Positions 1 to 7,500 of a stretch of DNA of 48,971 bases are shown in pieces. The DNA is from an uncultured Clostridia bacterium (GTDB taxonomy: Bacteria > Bacillota > Clostridia > CALYAR01). The stretch spans positions 1 through 48,971 of the forward strand of contig CALYAR010000073.1 in assembly GCA_944393585.1 (NCBI GenBank), written 5' to 3'. The notes under the pieces are model-generated. The model was not told where the DNA came from, searched no databases, and saw only the letters and a program-made list of their open reading frames with translations. A program made the translations under genes and the position numbers. Every line of letters begins with the position of its first letter. Position 1 is the stretch's first letter.

Positions 1-115
1 CGGTAGGAAGGATGAGCCCGCGGACGATACAATGCTGTTTCTCCAAAAGACGGATGATCGTGCTTCCCAAATGTCCGTTTGCTCCCGTAATAATATACAA
101 TTTGTTCGTGAACAA
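1..115 (-). CDS. NAD-dependent epimerase/dehydratase (extended SDR) family protein, N-terminal fragment truncated by the window edge
   Basis: The reverse-strand translation reads (M)FTNKLYIITGANGHLGSTIIRLLEKQHCIVRGLILPT, a GxxGxxG Rossmann motif at the N-terminus. A GAAAGGAG RBS (reverse complement of 120-127) lies 4 nt upstream of a TTG at 115. The gene is divergent from the TetR gene. It is absent from the ORF track because it is truncated. Confidence 0.55.
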   Translation of the reverse strand, partial: MFTNKLYIITGANGHLGSTIIRLLEKQHCIVRGLILPT

Positions 116-135
116 CACACTCCTTTCATTTATTT

Positions 136-173
136 AACACGGTGTTGATTTTCTTTTCTAATTGTATTATAAT
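136..173 (+). promoter_or_regulatory. Candidate tetR promoter overlapped by a palindromic operator-like site
   Basis: -35 TTGATT (145-150), a 17-nt spacer and -10 TATAAT (168-173). An 11-bp palindrome AACACgGTGTT (136-146) overlaps the -35. The site lies in the divergent intergenic region between the SDR fragment and the TetR gene. Confidence 0.35.
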
Positions 174-265
174 ATTGACTGCGTAAAAGAACAATGAACA
201 GATTAAGGTTATTTTGACAGATAAACAACAGATCGGACAGCTGCTGTTGAAAAGAAGGGGAAGTT

Positions 266-847
266 TTGAAAAAGTTTACAAATGATCATAGAGCCCGCGT
301 GACGAAAATGCTGATTCGTAATTCGTTTACCACTTTGCTGAAACAAAAACCCATTCAAAGTATCTCCATCAAAGAACTGTGTGAGCAGGCCGGAATCAAC
401 AGAGGTACGTTTTATTCCCACTATACAGATCTATATGATCTGCGCAATCAAATTGAGGAAGAAATGCTGGAGGAGTTTAACCGGGCATTAGAGCCGCTTA
501 GTGCTGACGGACAGCTGACCCAGCTTCAAATTACTACGGAGATATTTCGATGCCTAAAGAATAATTCAGATTTATGTGCCGTAACGCTAGGAGAACATGG
601 TGATAAAGCGTTTGCCCTCAAGCTGATCAACCTGGGACGGGAAAGATGCGTGGAATCCTACCTCAAATACTTTGAACACGCTTCTCCCAAAAAGATTGAA
701 TATTTTTATTCGTTTGTTTGTTCCGGCTGTATCGGCCTTTTGCAGAAATGGCTCGATGACGGTATGGTCATACCGGCGGAGGAAGCGGCAAAAATGGCCG
801 AGGACATTATGCTCAAAGGAATTGGATTTTTAACCGAAGAAAGCTAA
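266..847 (+). CDS. TetR/AcrR family transcriptional regulator
   Basis: TTG start with an AAGAAGGGG RBS. The N-terminal HTH reads SISIKELCEQAGINRGTFYSHYTDLYDL, typical of the TetR_N domain. Length is 193 aa. Confidence 0.9.
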   Translation: MKKFTNDHRARVTKMLIRNSFTTLLKQKPIQSISIKELCEQAGINRGTFYSHYTDLYDLRNQIEEEMLEEFNRALEPLSADGQLTQLQITTEIFRCLKNNSDLCAVTLGEHGDKAFALKLINLGRERCVESYLKYFEHASPKKIEYFYSFVCSGCIGLLQKWLDDGMVIPAEEAAKMAEDIMLKGIGFLTEES

Positions 848-1471
848 TTTAGCAGATGAATCCAATATAGCATACTTTATTGGACGTATATTTTCTTGTC
901 TATTTTATATTAAAATAATTCAATTTTATTATTGCATTTCTACAAATAGTCGAAAAATACATTATTTATGGATACTATTTCTTCATAATGAAAAAGTATA
1001 CTAATTCAGACATATTACCGTCTTCATTATAAAATCATTTTATTTAAAAGCAAGCAAATTTAAAATCTTTATAGAATTTACTAATAATTTTATAGAAAAA
1101 ATCAATAATTTTCTTATATTATAACTAATTTTAGTTTAAACAACAAGCTATTCATTGAACATCTTAACCAATACGAAAGTATTTATATGTAATATCAGAT
1201 TTCGGGATTAAACAATGCGGCGGCTGTCATATAATTTTTTCCTTATAAGCCAGTACAATTCTAATCCTTTATACAAGGGCCTGTTCAAAAATTGACCGAT
1301 TCATAATGAGAACCGGCCAATTTTTATTTTTTATACTTTTCTGGAAAATCGCATCATTCTTATTTGCTTTGATCAATTATTTGGCTGGTTAATATAATAA
1401 AAAAGAGATAAGCCCCAAAAAGTGCTGGAAAGTATTGTTTTGAAACTAAAAAACGGCATTGTTTTTGACTC

Positions 1472-1596
1472 ACGGATGGCATAAGGCCGCTATCTTAATA
1501 TAGTAGAAGGAAATATCGTCCCCCGCACAGTTTAAGTCTTACTTTGTGAATGAATGGGAAACCATTTGTTTGATAGAAATTAAGGAGGATGGGAGA
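1472..1596 (+). promoter_or_regulatory. Conserved 5' leader of the giant SLH protein gene (homologous to 38598..38772)
   Basis: It shares blocks with the paralog leader: acggatggca, agaaggaa.atc.gtcc, aatggg..accatttgtttgata and attaaggaggatggga.aatg. The inverted repeat AATGG-N4-CCATT (1553-1566) lies just upstream of the AAGGAGG RBS (1582-1588). Confidence 0.4.
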
Positions 1597-4500
1597 ATGC
1601 GATCAAAAACACTCAAAAAAGGGCTGTCGTGGCTGCTTTGCGCTGCGATGCTATTGACGACGGCCCCTGTTTTCGCCGCCCCGGAGGATGGCGGAGACGA
1701 ACCTGTACCCAAGACAGTATATGTGGCATTAAATGGCAACGATACTGCTGGAACCGGAGCGAAGGATACTCCGTTTGCTACCCTTCAGAAGGGACTCGAC
1801 GCCCTGTCTGACGGAGACACCTTGTACATTGGTGAAGGGACCTATACGGGCGAAGGTGTGATATCGGACAAGGATAACATTACCATCACAGGCCCGGATG
1901 CCGGAGAAGCTGTTCTGACTGCGGCAGGTACACAGGGGATAGGGCTTATCACGGCAAACAACTGCGAGAATTTGAACATTACAAAGCTAACCATAAATCC
2001 AACGCGCGGAACGGCAGGTGAAGGGGTAAGTCCCGGTTTTTATTATAACGCCATTCAATTCAATGGGTGCGTAGCCCCACAGGTTTCTTATTGTAAGATA
2101 GACGGCGCGGGAGATGGAAGCGGAATCTATGCAATCGGAAATACAACAGGCGCTGCAATCCACCATAATGTATTTTCCAATACCCGCGGTTACAGTTATG
2201 GCTGCAACATTGCGACGGACGGAAAAATCTATAACAATATTTTTGCAAGCGGAGAACGCGGAATCTGGCTGTACAATGAGTCAAATAGCAACTTTATTGC
2301 AAATAATACCTTTTTGAATCATGTCAATGGAGATTTTATTTATTATAATACTTTAACAACAGGAAATACCTTCCAAAACAACATTTTTGCGAGTTCTACC
2401 GCAATTGGGGAAGTTGGAGGAAAAAATGATGTAGTATCGGTTCGCGACATTTTGGAACAAAATACATTCCAAAATAATTTATTTAGAGGAATCAGTGAGT
2501 CCGACATGATTGCGAAGGACGCTGACGGAACGGAAGTCACCTTTGCGGAAGCGGCTGCATTGGATTCGTTCAGCGGAAATCTCATCGACGATCCGCTCTT
2601 CCTGGATTCTACAATCGGAACCATTGCGAAGAACAGCCCCTGCGCAGGGGCAGGTGCGGCCGTTGACGATATTACGGATGATTATGACGGAACTGCAAGA
2701 GCAAATCCTCCTGCCATTGGCGCTTTTGAACCTTCGGACGAAGTAAAACTCGACGTGTATTATGTCGATGCCGAAAACGGCAGTGACGATAACCTGGGAG
2801 ATGAAGAGCGCCCGTTCCAGACTGTGGAAAAGGGGATTGCTTCGCTGTCGAACGGCAAAAGCCTGGTCATTGCCGCAGGCACCTATGAATTGACAGGACC
2901 TGTGACAGTAAGTGCGTCTAATGTGACCATCCAGGGTGACTCGAATGGCGGAACAACCTTTTCAAAAGTATTTTCCAATGGCGGAGCCGCTTTACAAATC
3001 AATGGCTCAAATAATGAAATTAAACATATTAATTTTATTTCTGATAAGGCCAGCAGCAGTTCAACCCCATTTACAATTGATGCAAATGCGGCGGATAATT
3101 TGAAAATACATGATTGTACTTTTTCATCTGACGCTAATGTATCAATTCGGTTTACTGGAAGCAGTGATGTGCAAATCTATAATAATGTTTTTACAGGGAC
3201 GGCTGAGAGCTGCATTTACGTTAATGGCGAAAATTCGGGAAGTAGCATCTACAACAATCTGTTTCAGTCTGGACAGCGCGGGGTTTCGCTCTATAACGCC
3301 GCAAACGATAATATGATTGTTTCCAATACATTCGTATCCAATACGGTTTATGATATTGGATATTATAATGCTACTCCTCAGGGAAATCTGATACAAAACA
3401 ATATTTTGACGAAAGGCTTTGGCGAATTGGATAATGTAAAGCCAATGGCGGATTTTCTGAACAATAATACGTTTTGCAACAATTTATTCCATGTGACCGA
3501 TGGGGCCGCCGTGATTGCACAGGATGGATCAAATCATCAGTTCACATTTGATCAGGCAGAAGCTTTGGAGTCTTTCCAAAATAACCTTGCCGCTGATCCG
3601 AATTATGTGGGCGGCGGGGACTATTCACTTGCAGACGGCAGTCCCGCGATTGACGCCGGCTTGGCCGTTGATTTTGTGGCAACCGATATTTTAGGAAATT
3701 CGCGCGATGGTTTGCCGGATATTGGTGCGTACGAAAACCAGAATGCGGTTTCAAACTTTAACACGGTTTCTTCTGCGATTCCTGCAGCAAAACAGCCGCT
3801 GGATGAGGGAATCGTAATTTCTTTTACCAAGCCGGTAGATTTAACATCCCTGGAAGGAAAAATTACGCTTGTTCCGGCTTCGGGCGGCGATGCACTGGGC
3901 GTAACAGTTCAGGCTGCCGGCAGCAGCATTTTGATTACACCGAATGTTGCCCTTGCCGCGGATACTGCTTACCAGCTAACCATTGCAGCGAGAGTTTCTG
4001 CGGCTGATGGGGATATTCTGAAAACGCCGTATGTGCGTACTTTTACAACTGCTTCAGCACAAGCTGAGGACGCCTCGCTTCAGATCGGTACGTTAAAATC
4101 TTCTTATGGCCGGGCGCACACAAAAGTACCGGCGTTGTCTGGTGATTATACTATCAGCTTCGACTATTATTATCCGTCAGCAGATGCTTTGAATGATTTC
4201 TGGGTTTTTGCAGCCTATTCCGAAGAAGTGATAAAGGGAGTTGACAGGGAACTATCCGGCGGACCGTTGTCGCCGCAAATTAAACAGACCGGTGCCAGGA
4301 TGACGTTTACGTTAGATGGCAAAGGCTATAATCTGCCGTACTCGTTCCAGGGGGATACATGGTACCATTTGACATTGAAATTTGAAAACGGAACTTTCTC
4401 TTTCTATATCAATGGCGTAAAACAGACCTTTTCCAATGGCGAAACGGAACTCGAGTATCCGGAAGATCAGGTCATAAATTACATCGGTTATTTGGGAGAC

Positions 4501-7500
4501 TTGACTGGAAAGAGCAAAGTCCATGACGGTATGGCATATTACGACAATTTTGTGATCCGCCAAAATGGGGAAGTAATCTTCCAGGAAGATTTTCAGAGCG
4601 GGAAAACACTGGATCAGCTCGACGGCTGGTTTTCTTCTCCGATCGGGGAACAGGTTGTTGATGAAGATTGGACGAACTTTGTCGGCGTCTCTGCGGAAAA
4701 CAATCGGGAGCCGGCGGAAATTGTCTCCATTTCCCTTCAGGGGGAAAACGGGCGCACTGGATTTATGGTTGGAACCAGCGGCAATTTAACGTTCCAGGCA
4801 TTGGACTCCAATGGAAATCCCGTAGTATTGGCGGGGAATCTCTATGAAGTTGTGAGCAAGAATACCGATATTCTCAAAATGGAAGAGATCGAAGAAGGAG
4901 TCTTTCAGGCAACAGGAGTGAGTGCTGGTGATACAGAAGTAGTCGTAAAAGCGATTCTGGATGGAAAATATTTTGAGAAGACGGTTCCAGTCCTGGTAAC
5001 GGATACGGCTGAATTGTGTAATCTCATATTTGCCGATGAATTTTTGACCCTGTTAGTTGGAAATTCTGCGAATCCTGTCATTCAAACCGTGAAAACAGAC
5101 GGCTCGCTGGAGAGTATTTCCGTTCAGGGCATGACAATTGAATCGCTCCATCCAGATATTGCGGCAGCAGCTGCGGATGGAGACAGTTTAAAAGTAACCG
5201 GTGTTGCGGCCGGCAATACTGCAATCCGCCTGACTTTAAACAGCAACGGGCGGAATTATACCGCCGAGCTTCCGGTAAGGGTTCTTACACTGGACCGGAT
5301 CGAGGCTTCAGTCAATTCCACTGAACTGTATGTCGGCGACACGACATCCGTTTCTGTAACGGCTTATGCAGCCGATGGCACGCCGATAGCGGATTCCAGT
5401 CTTGCAATCAGCCTATCCAGTGATAGCGACTGTGTTGATGTAGTAGAAGGGAAATTGGTGGCAAAAGCAGTGGGATCTGCAAAAATTACCGTGTCCGCTG
5501 CATTTGGCGATGTAACCAGAACGGCTGAGGTCAGTGTGAATGTCAATGAGCTTGACCCGGCTAAAGAACGTGCTACAATATACACGGACGAGGATCGTGC
5601 CAATGCGCGGGAAAATATTGAAAAATACGGCTGGGCTTCTGATATTCAGCAAAGTGCCATTAATTCTGCCGAAACATATTTAAACATGGACAACGAAACC
5701 CTCTGGGGTATGGTCACTTCTCAGATGATTCCGAGGAGTTACGCTGTTACAAGCCCCCAGACTGTTGGCTGCTTAAACTGCGGTTCAGCGGTCAATGACT
5801 ACGGAAACTATCCATATGTGATTGATTCCATCGGAAAACCGTGGAAGCTGACTTGTCCGAACTGCAAAATGGTATTCCCAACTAATGATTTTGAGGCATA
5901 TTATGAGGGCGGCCTGGATGAAAATGGATTATTTAACCCTGATTTGGCGAAAGCGCACAACGACGAACTGATTGCCCAGGGTGAACCCGGCAACCTTGTT
6001 AATATCCTTTATCCGGAAAAAGGCGAAAGCTGGGGTGTTGACGATGGTACCGGCTATATTGCAGAGGACGGACAGAAATATACGTTTGTTGCCTACTACA
6101 ATCATGAGGGACTGTGGCATGGAGGCGCTATTGTCAATGCGCTGACTGCTTTGCGGGATGCTTATCTTTATACCGGCGACGTCGCTTATGCGAACAAGGG
6201 CGTCATCCTGCTCGACCGCATCGCAGACGTCTATCCGGATTTAGATCTGGACATCTGGAATTACCAGGATGGATATTTAAACAGCAACGGCAACTCCAAC
6301 CGCGGAAAGGCAATTGGTTCGATCTGGGAAACATCGCTTGCACAGGCATTTCTGGAGGCCTACGATGCGTTTTATCCGGCTTTGGCCGACGATGCAGAAG
6401 AGCCCTGTACAGAAGCATTGAATTTCCTTGCAACCAAAAATTCGGGCAAAGCCAATGCCGCACGCGTTCGCGTTAACATCGAAGACGGCATTGTCCGCGA
6501 GATCTTCCCGGCCGTTCAGCGCGGTGAAATCCGCGGCAACAGCGGTATGCATCAGGCTACATTGGCTTATGCGGCAGTTGTTCTGGACAGCATGCCGGAA
6601 TCGCAGGAGTGGCTGGATTTTGACTTCCAGGCCGGAACTACAACTGCCTATGCAGTAACCGGCGGCAATATCAGTGCAGAATTAATTAACAGCGTTGACC
6701 GGGACGGCCATGGAAACGAAGGCGCACCCGGCTATAACTCTCTGTGGCTGGGAAACTACCTGGAAGTAGCGGATGTGTTGGATGGCTATACCATCAACGG
6801 CACAGAAATTTCCTATGATTTATATGATAATGTTAAATTCCGCAAGATGTTCTCTTCCATGTATCCTTTGATCCTGTCAACGGACTACTCTCCCTCCATT
6901 GGAGATACGGGTACAGCGGGAGGAAAGAGCCTGCAGGTAACTTTGGCGAATATGGTTAAGGCCTTTTCCAAATTTGGAGATACGGAATATGCACAGGTTG
7001 CTTATTTGCTCAATGCAAACAGCAGTGACAATATCAAGCTTGGCATCTTTGACAAAGATCCGGAGGCAATCGCCGCCCAGATTCAAAATATTATCGACAC
7101 GGAAGGCGAGATCGATCTGGGAGCAACGAATCTAACCGGATTTGGATTTACCGCGCTGCGAGATGGCGAGCCAGGAACCACAGTTCAGGTAACGGGCGAC
7201 GAATATGTCTTTAGTAATTTGCCGCATACGGAATCAGTATTGACCAAGTATTTTGACTCCAATTCCACTCTGCAGCTGGAAGCTTCGCAGGAAGGCGACT
7301 ACATTGAATTTACATTCCAATCGGAAAGCGCCGGAAGCCGGGTCCTTTATATCAATATGTGGACCGCGGGAACCTATGGCATATATGATGTCTATGTAAA
7401 TGGGACCAAACTGGAAGATCCGCTTTCCTTCTTAGGATCAGGCATTCAGGTGAGAAAAGCAGGAACAGTAGATATCGCAGAAGGAACCAATACCATCCGG

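Noticed and set aside
1546-1596. N-terminal extensions in the ORF track for both giant genes (1546 and 38641). Their translations look mutually conserved (NEWETICLIEIKEDG versus NKWVTICLIHKFIKEDG).
   Set aside because: The conservation is explained by the homologous leader DNA. A consensus AAGGAGG lies inside the extension, 8 nt before the ATG that opens a textbook signal peptide (MRSK/MRTK). The second copy has no plausible RBS for the upstream start. I treat this as untranslated leader, but the in-frame 6-nt indel is noted.
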